The translations under genes and the position numbers were made by a program. Of a stretch of DNA of 64,000 nucleotides, positions 18,301 to 27,921 are shown piece after piece (position 1 is the stretch's first letter; each line of letters begins with the position of its first letter). Source of the DNA: Bacteroidota bacterium (GTDB lineage Bacteria; Bacteroidota; Bacteroidia; UBA7662; CANHCV01). The DNA is taken from NCBI GenBank assembly GCA_947459245.1, contig CANHCV010000003.1:8597-72596 (forward strand), in the 5' to 3' direction. Below the pieces are notes generated by a model. The model saw only the letters and a program-made list of their open reading frames with translations, was not told the DNA's origin and did not search any database.

Positions 18301-20522
18301 TACATAGCAACATTTAGTTGAAGATGGAAGCTGCGGGGTTGACCGATGTTCCCAGGAATAAACAAATACTCTTCATTGAACAGGTTTTTCACCAAGGCTC
18401 CCAAGGAGTAATTTTTGTTCAACTTGCGGAACAAACGCACATCAACCACCCAATCTCCTCCAGGTTTGTTGTCACGAAACTTTTTTACATCCGGAATATT
18501 ATTCAAGAAAATATCGTCGATGCGAAGCATGAAACTGTTGTACCGAATGTTCGTTCCAACATCCCATTTCCCAACGGTTAAATTCACATCGCCTCGGAAC
18601 AAATGACGGTAACGGTACTTCAACCATTTGGCTTCCGGGGGATCACCTAAAACAGGGAAATATCCCAAATTCCGTGGATTCATGTACGTGTAACCGGGTT
18701 GAAGTGAAAGCACATTGTTCCCCCATTTTTGCTGAATACCGGCGGTAACCTCTACCCCGGTAATTCGGGAATCGGCCACTAAATTCTTGGAGGTAAAGCC
18801 CAATTCGCCATTGGCCGGATTCGTCCATGGCGTAAATTCCATCAGGTTTTTGTAGGATGTACGGAAACCGGCCACATCTACAAACCCTTGCCAATTTTTC
18901 CATTTGAACAACTGCCTTGCCCCTACTTCCAGAGAAGTTCCTCTTTCCGGATTTAGATCGGGATTGGAGAATACCACGATCGCACCAGCTCGGGTGTTGG
19001 CGTACCGTTCAGCCACCGAAGCCGTGCGGAATCCTTGACCCGCCGACGCTCTAAAGGTGGTAGCTGGATTTAACTGATAACTCACCCCACCTCGGAAAAT
19101 GGGGAAAACATTCGGCTTTTGATCTTCAATTTGAAAATACTCCAATCGGCCTCCTACCGAAGCGTTCCATTTTCCGCTGGTTTGATCCAACTGCCCATAA
19201 ACGGCATAATTGTTCGATGTTCGGTTGCCGTACATCACTTCACTGCGAACCGCATTATGAATGTACACCGAGCCCAAGTTCAAAGCTCCATCGTTGAATT
19301 TGAACAACTTGGTTTGCTTTTTAAAATTGTATTCGCTGTACATCACAGAACTGGAGGATCGGTAAAGAACATTATCACTCAAATTCGCGTTGGAGTACCA
19401 TCGATTTCGGAAGGTGTGTGTGGTGGTGTTGTTTTGATAGAAAATGAGATAAGGATCTACGTTGACCCTGCGCAAGGATTGGAGGGAAGCGGTATTGTTC
19501 GCAGGGAAATAACAGGAATCGTAATTCTGCCAGAAGATGTAATTTCCAGAGGAGTCGATGGATCCGTTAAGATTCACTCCTGCCACCCAACGATCGTTGA
19601 TGGTGTACCTCAAATTGGAGTTCAAACGAATGCGTTTGGTATTATCAAAAGCTCTGTATCCGGCCAAATCTACGGCATTCCCCCCCACTACGGCGCTCAG
19701 TTTGCCGAACTTTTTTCCGGCCGAAAAGTTCACCCCAAAATTGGGCTGATAGAAGTTGGCCGGCAAGGGATGATCGTTGCGCTGATCAAACATGGAAACA
19801 AACGAAGTTGCTTTGAAGAAGCCCTTGTTCGACTCTGGGAAGCGGGTAAGAATATTGATCACCCCACCCAAAGCCGAAGAACCGTACATGGCCGAAGATG
19901 CCCCTTTGATGACTTCAATTTGTGCTGCGTTTTCGATGGGCAAATAATCCCAAGAAACAGATCCGGCATCGGCACTCAACATCGGCAATCCATCCAACAA
20001 AATCATTACTCGTTGCCCAGCACCGTAACTAAAACCCGCATTTCCGCGAATGTTTGCTTGGGTACCAACGATAGAAACACCCGACATGCGGTTGATGGCA
20101 TCGTCGCCTGTAACGGAATTATTGCGGGTCAATTCAGCCGGTTTCATCACCATGGTGGAAATGGTTACCCGTTCCAATTGTTGCTGAAACCTTCCAGTAG
20201 ATATGGTAACTCCCGACTCTTCGTTGGCTTTTTTTGCCAAAACCAGAGCCACAAACTTGGGATGGATAGCTTGAAGAGAATCGAACCGCAAGCTCATTTT
20301 ATCATATCCCAAACAGGAAATTTGCAACTGAGCCGACGGAGGCAAGGAAATCGAAATTCGACCATCGGTGTTGGTGATTCCACCGATAGTTGTGCCCAAG
20401 GCAGAAACCGATGCGCTTCCAACGGGAAGACCCAATTCATCTTTCAAAATAATGGTGTAGGGAATTTGAGCGTTCACCGCTCCAACAACCCCTAAAAGCA
20501 AACCCAATAACCAAGTTCTCAT
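18300..20522 (-). CDS. TonB-dependent receptor with CarboxypepD_reg-like N-terminal domain, 740 aa
   Basis: Signal MRTWLLGLLLGVVGAVNAQ. N-terminal domain (ILKDELGLPVGSASVSA...TNTDGRISI). Plug motifs (MSGVSIVGTQANIRGNAGFSYG, ILLDGLPM, IEVIKGASSAMYGSSALGGVINILT). The barrel ends SFHLQLNVAM. Confidence 0.9.
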   Translation of the reverse strand: MRTWLLGLLLGVVGAVNAQIPYTIILKDELGLPVGSASVSALGTTIGGITNTDGRISISLPPSAQLQISCLGYDKMSLRFDSLQAIHPKFVALVLAKKANEESGVTISTGRFQQQLERVTISTMVMKPAELTRNNSVTGDDAINRMSGVSIVGTQANIRGNAGFSYGAGQRVMILLDGLPMLSADAGSVSWDYLPIENAAQIEVIKGASSAMYGSSALGGVINILTRFPESNKGFFKATSFVSMFDQRNDHPLPANFYQPNFGVNFSAGKKFGKLSAVVGGNAVDLAGYRAFDNTKRIRLNSNLRYTINDRWVAGVNLNGSIDSSGNYIFWQNYDSCYFPANNTASLQSLRRVNVDPYLIFYQNNTTTHTFRNRWYSNANLSDNVLYRSSSSVMYSEYNFKKQTKLFKFNDGALNLGSVYIHNAVRSEVMYGNRTSNNYAVYGQLDQTSGKWNASVGGRLEYFQIEDQKPNVFPIFRGGVSYQLNPATTFRASAGQGFRTASVAERYANTRAGAIVVFSNPDLNPERGTSLEVGARQLFKWKNWQGFVDVAGFRTSYKNLMEFTPWTNPANGELGFTSKNLVADSRITGVEVTAGIQQKWGNNVLSLQPGYTYMNPRNLGYFPVLGDPPEAKWLKYRYRHLFRGDVNLTVGKWDVGTNIRYNSFMLRIDDIFLNNIPDVKKFRDNKPGGDWVVDVRLFRKLNKNYSLGALVKNLFNEEYLFIPGNIGQPRSFHLQLNVAM

Positions 20523-20618
20523 ACCAAAAATTTATTTTCGTAGAATCTTTAAAAATTAAATATACGGAACGAATGAAAATTCAAACCCACCTTGATCATA
20601 ATGTCGACAACTTTTGTC

Positions 20619-20650
20619 AAAAAAATAGCCCCACCGGTATGGTAGGGCTA
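20619..20650 (-). terminator. rho-independent terminator after the 695-aa T9SS protein gene
   Basis: The minus strand reads ATAGCCCTACCATACCGGTGGGGCTATTTTTTT. The stem is AGCCC/GGGCT (extendable) followed by a T-run, 20 nt after the stop at 20670. Confidence 0.55.
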
Positions 20651-20669
20651 TCCTAGAAGATTAAAAAAA

Positions 20670-22754
20670 TTACTTCACCAACATCTTTTGGGTTGAAACT
20701 CGACCGTTGTTTTCCCAACGCACCAAGTACAAACCCGCTTGAAGATTCGCATTGATTTCTTGCACCGCATTGGCTACAACCGATTTTGAAACCAATACTT
20801 TTCCTTGCAAATCGCAAATGGAAAGGGTTCCCATTCCTAGCCCATCTACCTGAAGGGTAAATGAACCGTTGTTTGGATTAGGGTACAAATTCAATTTAGA
20901 ATCAGGAGTAGTTAGTTGCACCGAATTTGGAGTAACAAATCCGAAAATATCGGAACGATTGCGGGGCATCAATTTCCAGTTACCAAAACCAAAGGTGAAA
21001 ATCCCTTGAACGTAAGCCAAATTCTGACCCAAGCTCACCGAATCGGTATTGAAGTTGGCTGGAATGTCGTTTGAAACATCGTCGATGCGCAAACCGGTAG
21101 TGGATGGAATGGTTTTCGCAACCAAAAACTCACCGAAATTCGCTGGAGAATCTGGATTTTCAGAAGCAACGATGACGTTATTTACGCCCATCAACATGCC
21201 TTCGAATTGTTCCAAATAGGCATTGTTGCGGTTAACCACCGAATCAATCACCAAAGGCTGAGCCGCTGGCAAACGGTTTCCGCGAGAAACAATGGTAAAA
21301 GTTGGTGAATCCAAAGAAGTTACACCGTTGGTTTCCAAAACGCGAGCAGCTGTAATGAGTACGCTATCGCCGCGCTGCGCATTGTCGATCAATCCACGTC
21401 CGGCGAAAATTCCGGAATTTGGTGAAGTTCCATCTTGAAGAGCTACTAATCCCAAATCGTTATTTGCTGTAGTAGAGGTAACAACGGCACGAATGGACAT
21501 GTTGGAAGAAATGTATTTTCCGGCGTAAATGCTATTTCCATTAGGCAATGCATTGGTTTGAAGGAAAGAAATGGAATTGATTCCGGCATCGCGAACCAAA
21601 TAAAAACTGTTGGTTGCCAAGGTATCTGGAGAATTGGTTACGCTTCCAGAATTATCGGTTGCGCGGATGTAGAAACTTACTTTTGCTCCATTTGCTTGCG
21701 CTGGAACAGTAGCGGTCCACAAACCAGCATTCAATGCCATTGGAACAGAGGTAAAAGTAAGCGGTGCTGCACCTGTAGCGTAGAACAAAGTTGCTGATGC
21801 CACAGTACCATCAATATCAGAAATATTTGCAGAAATGGTTGCAGATTGAGATGATGTAGGAACAACTGGATTTACAGTTGGCACGGCAACAAATGGAGGC
21901 GAAGCCAACAATGGACCTAAATCTGCACTATCCAAAGGAGCCAATTGATAATTAGGTACACCGGCTAAAATAGTTTCTACAATGGTACCACGAACGTAGG
22001 CATAAACCTTTCCTTGTTGAACAAAAACAGGGGCATTCGGATTCGGAGGAGTGCTTGCAGAAGATGAAATGTTTGCAGAACCTCTGAAGAAAGAACTTAA
22101 ATCACGAATTTTAATTTTGTTACCTTGAGCATCTTGAATGCTCCAATCGATGCGTGTTCCGCCTGAAAACGTAGATACATCGGTAATGGTTACGTTGTTG
22201 AATTGAACGTACATGCCTTCGTACTGCTCACCCGTAGGGTACTGAATACGATTATTTCCTAAGGAATCACGACGCATGAATTGGTCGATGGAAACCGGAC
22301 GTGCAGGGCGTGGTGTTGCAAATCCCAAAACGCGGGTAGCAACAGTAGGAACCAAATTAATTTGAGTTTCACCTGTAATGGTATTTCCGAAATCGTCAAC
22401 AACACCTTGAACTTCTACATAGTTTCCAGGAACCATGTTGTCGAAGAAACGGGTTGTTGTTGAATCCACAACCGAAGCCAAACGAACATTCAACCCTTTC
22501 CAAGTACCTGCAGCCGTATCTTCGATGAAGGTGGCTTTCCATGCTCCGCCTGATGCGAGCATGTGGTTACGTGGATTGAATCGAACAACGCCTTGCACCT
22601 TCACGGTATCGCCAATGCGCTTGGATTTAGACCAACCATTCAACAAAGAATCGGGACGAATGTACTGAACCGAATCGATCGGAAGCTGGTACACTTGAGC
22701 TTGTAATCCGCTGTAAATCACAACAGCAAGAACAACCAAAAGAAGTTTTTTCAT
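20670..22754 (-). CDS. T9SS C-terminal sorting domain surface protein, 695 aa
   Basis: Start chosen at MKKLLLVVLAVVIYSGLQAQ (22754). C-terminal tail LNLYPNPNNGSFTLQV...AGLYLVRWENNGRVSTQKMLVK. The body is beta-rich and Ig-like. Confidence 0.8.
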   Translation of the reverse strand: MKKLLLVVLAVVIYSGLQAQVYQLPIDSVQYIRPDSLLNGWSKSKRIGDTVKVQGVVRFNPRNHMLASGGAWKATFIEDTAAGTWKGLNVRLASVVDSTTTRFFDNMVPGNYVEVQGVVDDFGNTITGETQINLVPTVATRVLGFATPRPARPVSIDQFMRRDSLGNNRIQYPTGEQYEGMYVQFNNVTITDVSTFSGGTRIDWSIQDAQGNKIKIRDLSSFFRGSANISSSASTPPNPNAPVFVQQGKVYAYVRGTIVETILAGVPNYQLAPLDSADLGPLLASPPFVAVPTVNPVVPTSSQSATISANISDIDGTVASATLFYATGAAPLTFTSVPMALNAGLWTATVPAQANGAKVSFYIRATDNSGSVTNSPDTLATNSFYLVRDAGINSISFLQTNALPNGNSIYAGKYISSNMSIRAVVTSTTANNDLGLVALQDGTSPNSGIFAGRGLIDNAQRGDSVLITAARVLETNGVTSLDSPTFTIVSRGNRLPAAQPLVIDSVVNRNNAYLEQFEGMLMGVNNVIVASENPDSPANFGEFLVAKTIPSTTGLRIDDVSNDIPANFNTDSVSLGQNLAYVQGIFTFGFGNWKLMPRNRSDIFGFVTPNSVQLTTPDSKLNLYPNPNNGSFTLQVDGLGMGTLSICDLQGKVLVSKSVVANAVQEINANLQAGLYLVRWENNGRVSTQKMLVK

Positions 22755-22773
22755 AAAGTTTTTAATTGGGTTA

Positions 22774-22781
22774 CAAAGGTA
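22774..22781 (-). promoter_or_regulatory. candidate -7 box (TAccTTTG)
   Basis: The minus strand reads TACCTTTG, 19 nt upstream of the ATG at 22754. Confidence 0.35.
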
Positions 22782-22841
22782 CGATTTTTCCCAATTGGAA
22801 AACCCCCTTTTCAAGAAATTGAAACAAACTTCTTGTCAATT

Positions 22842-24884
22842 TTACTTCACAATGGCAAACTTGCCCGTTTGAATCTTTCCTGTTTTCAAATCCTTTACCG
22901 AAAACAAATACAAACCGGTAGCAATGACCTGTTTGCTGTCGCTTAAAATGTCCCAAGAATGCTCGCCTTCGGGCATGACGGTTTGCGTTGCCGCTCCAAA
23001 CTCTTGGAACCAACCGGCATTCGATCCGTTCAACGCAGCACTGGCATCGTGATTCATGGTGGCAACTACTTCACCGGCCAGGGTGTACACCCGAATTTGG
23101 GCTTTTGCAGGCAGATTGTAGAAATTAATTTTTCGAGAACGCGACGATTGCCCGTCCCAAGCAGCACTCACCACATACGGATTGGGATAAACACCTACCT
23201 TTAAATCGGTGGAATTCGCAGGAGTTCCAACAAAAGTTCGCACTGCATTGGAAATCAACGAACTTTCCAAGGGTGGCAATTTCAATTGCACGTCTCCCTC
23301 ATCGAATGCCGTTAATAAAAACAAATACTGCCAACCGTTCAACAAATTTTCGGCATCGTACCGGTACAAATACGTGTTGGTATCTCCTTCAAACTTCACC
23401 GGCTGATCCAATTTAATGGCAGAAAATCCGTTGTTGAAGCCAATGGAATTCCCGGGTTTATCCCAAGATGCTACCAATTCTGCTTTGGCCAATAAATCAA
23501 GGGAAAATTCATCACCCGGTTTCGTTTTGTACAATCGAAATCCTTCAAAATCTTTCTTCTTGGTGATGGGATCGATGCTGCTTTCCGAATTTCCCGTCCA
23601 ATAAATTCGAACTCGGTTGGACTCTGGAACCATTTTTACTTGCGGTGTTAATGGAGGTTCTGGAAGGATAAAACGATCCAAAATTCCATCAAAATCCAAA
23701 TCTTCGCCCGGATCCAAAACCCCATTCTCGTTGGTATCTTCACCCAAATAGGTGCGCTTAGCCCAACCTAAATTTTCACGCAATTTGGTTCTCGCCAACA
23801 CTGTATTCTTGTTTCCAGGAATTGAGTTATCGTCAACCATTTTAGCAGCAACAAAAGCAATGGTAAACGTTACGGTTTCGCCCGGGTCTATGCTTACCCA
23901 AGGGCCTGTAGAGATCAGTTGAACCCGATTTCCGGGCGCCACCAACGTAGGGTCGTTGAAATTCCCCATGTTCTTCATTCGATCGTAGCGAAGCACATCG
24001 TTGGTTGGAGCTTGGGTATTGTACACCCAATACTGGGGCACCACCTGCGGACTCGGAAAGCCAGCGTTTACGAAAGTGGTGGAATTGTTGGGATGGAAAA
24101 ATTTGTTTCTCCAACTTCCTCCTAAAAATTGAATGGCTCCGTAACTGTTTGTAAATCCAACATCTCCGTTGATGTCGTAGGCGTAAACAGCTTTCAAGGA
24201 ATCTTCATATCCCACCGAACCTTTGGAGAAAAATGCAGCTCCACGATCGGTTGAAACATTCACATTGCGAACCACTAAATCGCTCCAAAAACCAATGTAT
24301 ACCGAATCCCAACGAAAACCGCTGTTATTTTTGATGGTGTAATTCGCCAAGACGAAAAAATCGGCATAGGCGAAATTCCACGCATAGGTTTCCAAACGAA
24401 CATCGGCGTTCAGAGGCAACGTATGATCTTGAATGGGCGTTTGAGTTCCAGGAACAATGGTATAAGCATCTGTGAAATGAAGCAGGTAATCTTGATGGGA
24501 AATGGCGGCGGTAGAAAAATAATTGGAGTTGGTTAAAGATGAACGGGTGGTAACGTTGCTGCCAATTTTAGGAGAGAACTCAAACCCACCCTTACCGGTT
24601 GCGTAACCCGAAGCATCGTCCAAGGAAGCCGTTGAAACGGCAATGTTTCCATTCACTTGAGCCCCAATCCATAGGCCGCCTTCGAACAAATGTTCGATTC
24701 CAGAATTGATGGGATATTCCATGCTTGGAGGGCCTTGTGGATTATTTCGAACATTGGGCAAGCCAATGGTTCCGGCATTGGTAACGTTCAAACCCATGTT
24801 TCCAACTTGAACCGTTTGCTGCGAAAATTGAGCACTTGCCTGGATGCCCAATAAGCACCCCATCAACCAACCTAACTTCTTCAT
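22842..24884 (-). CDS. T9SS C-terminal sorting domain surface protein, 680 aa, with an Asp-rich Ca-binding-like motif
   Basis: Signal MKKLGWLMGCLLGIQASAQ. Asp-rich stretch GEDTNENGVLDPGEDLDFDGILD. C-terminal tail VGVYPNPYVVSAAW...GLYLFSVKDLKTGKIQTGKFAIVK. The start overlaps the upstream stop (TAATG). Confidence 0.8.
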   Translation of the reverse strand: MKKLGWLMGCLLGIQASAQFSQQTVQVGNMGLNVTNAGTIGLPNVRNNPQGPPSMEYPINSGIEHLFEGGLWIGAQVNGNIAVSTASLDDASGYATGKGGFEFSPKIGSNVTTRSSLTNSNYFSTAAISHQDYLLHFTDAYTIVPGTQTPIQDHTLPLNADVRLETYAWNFAYADFFVLANYTIKNNSGFRWDSVYIGFWSDLVVRNVNVSTDRGAAFFSKGSVGYEDSLKAVYAYDINGDVGFTNSYGAIQFLGGSWRNKFFHPNNSTTFVNAGFPSPQVVPQYWVYNTQAPTNDVLRYDRMKNMGNFNDPTLVAPGNRVQLISTGPWVSIDPGETVTFTIAFVAAKMVDDNSIPGNKNTVLARTKLRENLGWAKRTYLGEDTNENGVLDPGEDLDFDGILDRFILPEPPLTPQVKMVPESNRVRIYWTGNSESSIDPITKKKDFEGFRLYKTKPGDEFSLDLLAKAELVASWDKPGNSIGFNNGFSAIKLDQPVKFEGDTNTYLYRYDAENLLNGWQYLFLLTAFDEGDVQLKLPPLESSLISNAVRTFVGTPANSTDLKVGVYPNPYVVSAAWDGQSSRSRKINFYNLPAKAQIRVYTLAGEVVATMNHDASAALNGSNAGWFQEFGAATQTVMPEGEHSWDILSDSKQVIATGLYLFSVKDLKTGKIQTGKFAIVK

Positions 24885-25447
24885 TAAAACTGCTTTTTGT
24901 GAGCTTGAACGGTAGAAAGGATATCTTCGAAATCCAATTCCGTTTCAAAAGTTCGCAACAATTGGTGTTCTTCGTTGTAAACCATCACCAAAGGTACTTG
25001 TACAATCCCAAAATAATTGAAAAAAAGTTGCTTGGGATCTTGGAAGAAATGCACTCCTTCTTGTTCCCACAACTTGTAATCGGTGGCGAATTTCTTGATG
25101 GCATCCGTGGCAACACGAGAAACAAAAATGAACTCCGTATTCTTCAATTCATCCTTTCGCATGCTGATCGCTAAAGCCGTTTGTTGACAATGAGCGCAAC
25201 CCGGATTGAAGTTCATCACCCAAACCGATTTCCCCTTGGGAATATCCTTTCCGGTGAATGCAAGCGAATCCATAGGAATGAAAAGAAAGTCAGGCAGTTG
25301 TTTTCCATCCTGAACCGGCAATGCCTCTGAGTTGAGCGCCTCGTATTCAGCTTTTTGGGCGATCCCGTTGCGCTCACTCGGACCGCAAGAAAAAAGTACA
25401 CTTAGAATGAAAAAAAAAGTGGAAAAGAAATGAATTTTTGATTTCAT
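24884..25447 (-). CDS. TlpA/AhpC-like thioredoxin-fold lipoprotein
   Basis: Lipoprotein signal MKSKIHFFSTFFFILSVLFSC. CxxC active site in VWVMNFNPGCAHCQQ. Confidence 0.8.
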   Translation of the reverse strand: MKSKIHFFSTFFFILSVLFSCGPSERNGIAQKAEYEALNSEALPVQDGKQLPDFLFIPMDSLAFTGKDIPKGKSVWVMNFNPGCAHCQQTALAISMRKDELKNTEFIFVSRVATDAIKKFATDYKLWEQEGVHFFQDPKQLFFNYFGIVQVPLVMVYNEEHQLLRTFETELDFEDILSTVQAHKKQF

Positions 25448-25463
25448 GCAACAAAGTTGGACT

Positions 25464-25471
25464 TATTTTTG
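25464..25471 (+). promoter_or_regulatory. candidate -7 box (TAttTTTG)
   Basis: TATTTTTG lies 19 nt upstream of the ATG at 25491, within the 43-nt divergent gap. Confidence 0.35.
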
Positions 25472-25490
25472 TCAATCCACAAATACGATT

Positions 25491-27074
25491 ATGAAAAAAG
25501 TTCTGATTTTTGCATTTGCCCTTCTGATTCACTGCGGTTTGCTAGCCCAACCGAAACCCATTGCAAAAAAATCCACTTCTTCTAATTCCATCAAAAAACC
25601 AATCCCCAAAACCCAACCCAAAACAGCTCCCCTCGCTCCAAAAATATCAACAACAGCATCTGGAAAAGAGGAATACGATATCACCGTTGTGGTAAAAGGA
25701 CTTGAAAAAGGGAAGAATGCCTACTTGGGCTACTATTTTGGCGATAAACAATATTTGATCGATACGGTACAAGTTCAAGAAAATGGAGTTGTCCGTTTCA
25801 ATCGTGCGAAAAAACTCCCGGGTGGAATGTACTTGTTCGTTACGCACGACATCCAATATTTTGAATTCATCATCGATTCCGTTCAGAAATTCACCTTGAA
25901 AACCGACACCTCCTTGGGAATGGTAGGAAACATGCAAGTGATGGGCAGCGTAGATAATGAACGCTTCTTTTCTTACCTCAAATCCATGGAGCAATTCCGA
26001 AAAGATGCGGAAGAGTTAAAAACTAACGTGGAACAAGGGAAGGGAAAAGAAAAAGAATCGGCCCAAAAACAATTGGAAGAGTTGGATTCAAAAATTAAAT
26101 CCTACCAAAAGAACTTCAAAGCGGCACGCCCCAGCGAACTTTTCGTAAAAATGCTCAACGGAAATGAAGACGTTGATATGTCGGGTTTTCCCATCAAAGC
26201 CGATGGCAGTTACGACACCGTTGCTCAGTTTTATTACTACAAAACCCATTTTTGGGACAAGGTTGATTTTCGGGACGAGCGTTTGTTGTACACTCCGGTT
26301 TACCACAAAAAAATGTCGCGCTATTTTGAGGATTTGGTTTTCCAAACTCCCGATTCCATCATCCCAGAAACCGATTGGTTCATTGGAGAAATTAGTGCGC
26401 TACCCGATCTTTTCAAATACACCGTTCATTTTTTGACCAACAAATACGAGAAATCCGAAATCATGGGAATGGACCGCGTATTCGTTCACCTCGGTAAAAA
26501 ATACTACTTAACCGGTCGCGCAACTTGGATGGATGAAACAGCCATGGCCAAATTCAAAGATCGCATTACCACCTTGGAGTACAACCTCATTGGAATCAAC
26601 GGCATGGAGTTGAACCTACCCGATAGTTCCGAAAAACTACGCTCCCTGTACGCCGTGAAGGCGCCCATTACCATCTTGGTTTTTTGGAATCCCGATTGCG
26701 GTCACTGCCAAAAAGAAATTCCCATGTTGTACAAACTTTGGAACGGAATCAAAGACAATGGCGTGGCGGTTTATTCGGTGAATACCGAATTTGATAAAAA
26801 CCTATGGACCAAGTTCATCCGAGAAAAGGGACTGAACGGTTGGACCAACGTTCACGACATCAAAGTGACCCATAATTTTAGAAAATGGTACGATGTGTAC
26901 AGCACACCTGTGGTGTATTTGATGGATGCCGATAAAAAAATCTTAGCGAAAAGAATTGCTGCTGACCAAATTGAAGGTTACTTGAAAAATTACTACAGCA
27001 AAGAACTTAAAAAGACTTGGAAAGATTCTGGAATTGACCCAAAAACTTTAAAAACTGAAGGAGGCGACCATTAA
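25491..27074 (+). CDS. thioredoxin-fold (TlpA-like) protein with a long N-terminal extension
   Basis: Start at MKKVLIFAFALLIHCGLLAQ. C-terminal Trx domain with LVFWNPDCGHCQKEIP. The N-terminal ~350 aa are of unknown function. Confidence 0.8.
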   Translation: MKKVLIFAFALLIHCGLLAQPKPIAKKSTSSNSIKKPIPKTQPKTAPLAPKISTTASGKEEYDITVVVKGLEKGKNAYLGYYFGDKQYLIDTVQVQENGVVRFNRAKKLPGGMYLFVTHDIQYFEFIIDSVQKFTLKTDTSLGMVGNMQVMGSVDNERFFSYLKSMEQFRKDAEELKTNVEQGKGKEKESAQKQLEELDSKIKSYQKNFKAARPSELFVKMLNGNEDVDMSGFPIKADGSYDTVAQFYYYKTHFWDKVDFRDERLLYTPVYHKKMSRYFEDLVFQTPDSIIPETDWFIGEISALPDLFKYTVHFLTNKYEKSEIMGMDRVFVHLGKKYYLTGRATWMDETAMAKFKDRITTLEYNLIGINGMELNLPDSSEKLRSLYAVKAPITILVFWNPDCGHCQKEIPMLYKLWNGIKDNGVAVYSVNTEFDKNLWTKFIREKGLNGWTNVHDIKVTHNFRKWYDVYSTPVVYLMDADKKILAKRIAADQIEGYLKNYYSKELKKTWKDSGIDPKTLKTEGGDH

Positions 27075-27090
27075 TTCGGTTGTTTTTTCG

Positions 27091-27417
27091 GTGAAAAAAA
27101 TTATATCCCTGGAGAAATTCGGGGATATTTTTTTGTGGATGGTTCAATTGGAAGAGGTGAAGAAACCGGCTTGGGTTGAGGCCAGTGCCGGGCAAGTTAT
27201 TCATTACTTGGAAGAGCGGAAATGGGCGGAACTTGTTCAAATGATTCAGTCTACCGATCCGCCCATCATAGAATTCGGCAAATCCGAATGGCCGCCCCTA
27301 GAAAGCGTTGATGAGATTTGGGAGTTACTGCCGAAGGGCGAGATTTACGAAAATGAGCACGGTCTTTTCACCAAAGACGAGCGGTTCATTTGGAAGAATT
27401 ATGGGCGGCCCGAGTAG
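27091..27417 (+). CDS. hypothetical small protein, 108 aa (GTG start)
   Basis: The ORF begins 16 nt after the upstream stop. No motif recognised. Its 3' end overlaps yidD convergently by 32 nt, and coding status is uncertain. Confidence 0.4.
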   Translation: MKKIISLEKFGDIFLWMVQLEEVKKPAWVEASAGQVIHYLEERKWAELVQMIQSTDPPIIEFGKSEWPPLESVDEIWELLPKGEIYENEHGLFTKDERFIWKNYGRPE

Positions 27418-27634
27418 GCACCGGATCGTGGCCGCTTCCACCTCTGGGGTGACAACGACCAATGCGTTTAGCGGCCAACCAAGAACCCCGAATAGGCCCC
27501 CAAATCTGAATGGCTTCCAAGGCATACCGAGAACACGTGGGAGTGTAACGACACGCTGATGGAAGAAAGGGGGAGATGGCGATTTGGTAAAATCGTATGA
27601 GGGCAATTAGGGGAAACGAAAACAAGCGTTTCAT
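27386..27634 (-). CDS. yidD: membrane protein insertion efficiency factor YidD
   Basis: [52 protein letters not shown] is the canonical YidD sequence. Confidence 0.9.
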   Translation of the reverse strand: MKRLFSFPLIALIRFYQIAISPFLPSACRYTPTCSRYALEAIQIWGPIRGSWLAAKRIGRCHPRGGSGHDPVPTRAAHNSSK

Positions 27635-27921
27635 TCGATGATTGCGCTTAAACCTTGGTCCAATAAGGCCTCACAAATGGGCTTCAGGTCTTCGAAAGAC
27701 CCACCCTTTACCGAACATTTCCCATTGTAATGAATTACGTAAGCACATTGTTCGGCCTGAACAAATCCGTGACCGCAATACTTGACCAAGCAGGCAATCA
27801 CATGGTCGAAGGTATTCACGTCGTCATTGAAAACAATCAGTTGATTTTCCGACTTTACCTCTTCTAGAACATCCGTGCTTTGATCTTCTAAAGTTTTTGA
27901 GTTCCAAATACCTACCTTCAT
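27631..27921 (-). CDS. clpS: ATP-dependent Clp protease adaptor ClpS
   Basis: [51 protein letters not shown] overlaps on both sides. Confidence 0.9.
   Translation of the reverse strand: MKVGIWNSKTLEDQSTDVLEEVKSENQLIVFNDDVNTFDHVIACLVKYCGHGFVQAEQCAYVIHYNGKCSVKGGSFEDLKPICEALLDQGLSAIIE

Noticed and set aside
19119-20495. 458-aa plus-strand ORF in the six-frame track
   Set aside because: It lies entirely antisense to the 740-aa TonB-dependent receptor, whose plug and barrel motifs are unmistakable. The translation is low-complexity (Gly/Ile/Arg/Ser-rich) with no motif. This is a typical shadow ORF.
22786-22804. The hairpin TTTTCC-caatt-GGAAAA as a terminator after the 680-aa T9SS gene
   Set aside because: The stem is only 6 bp and AT-rich, and no T-tract follows it on the minus strand. 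It is too weak to call, so read-through into the next gene is likely.
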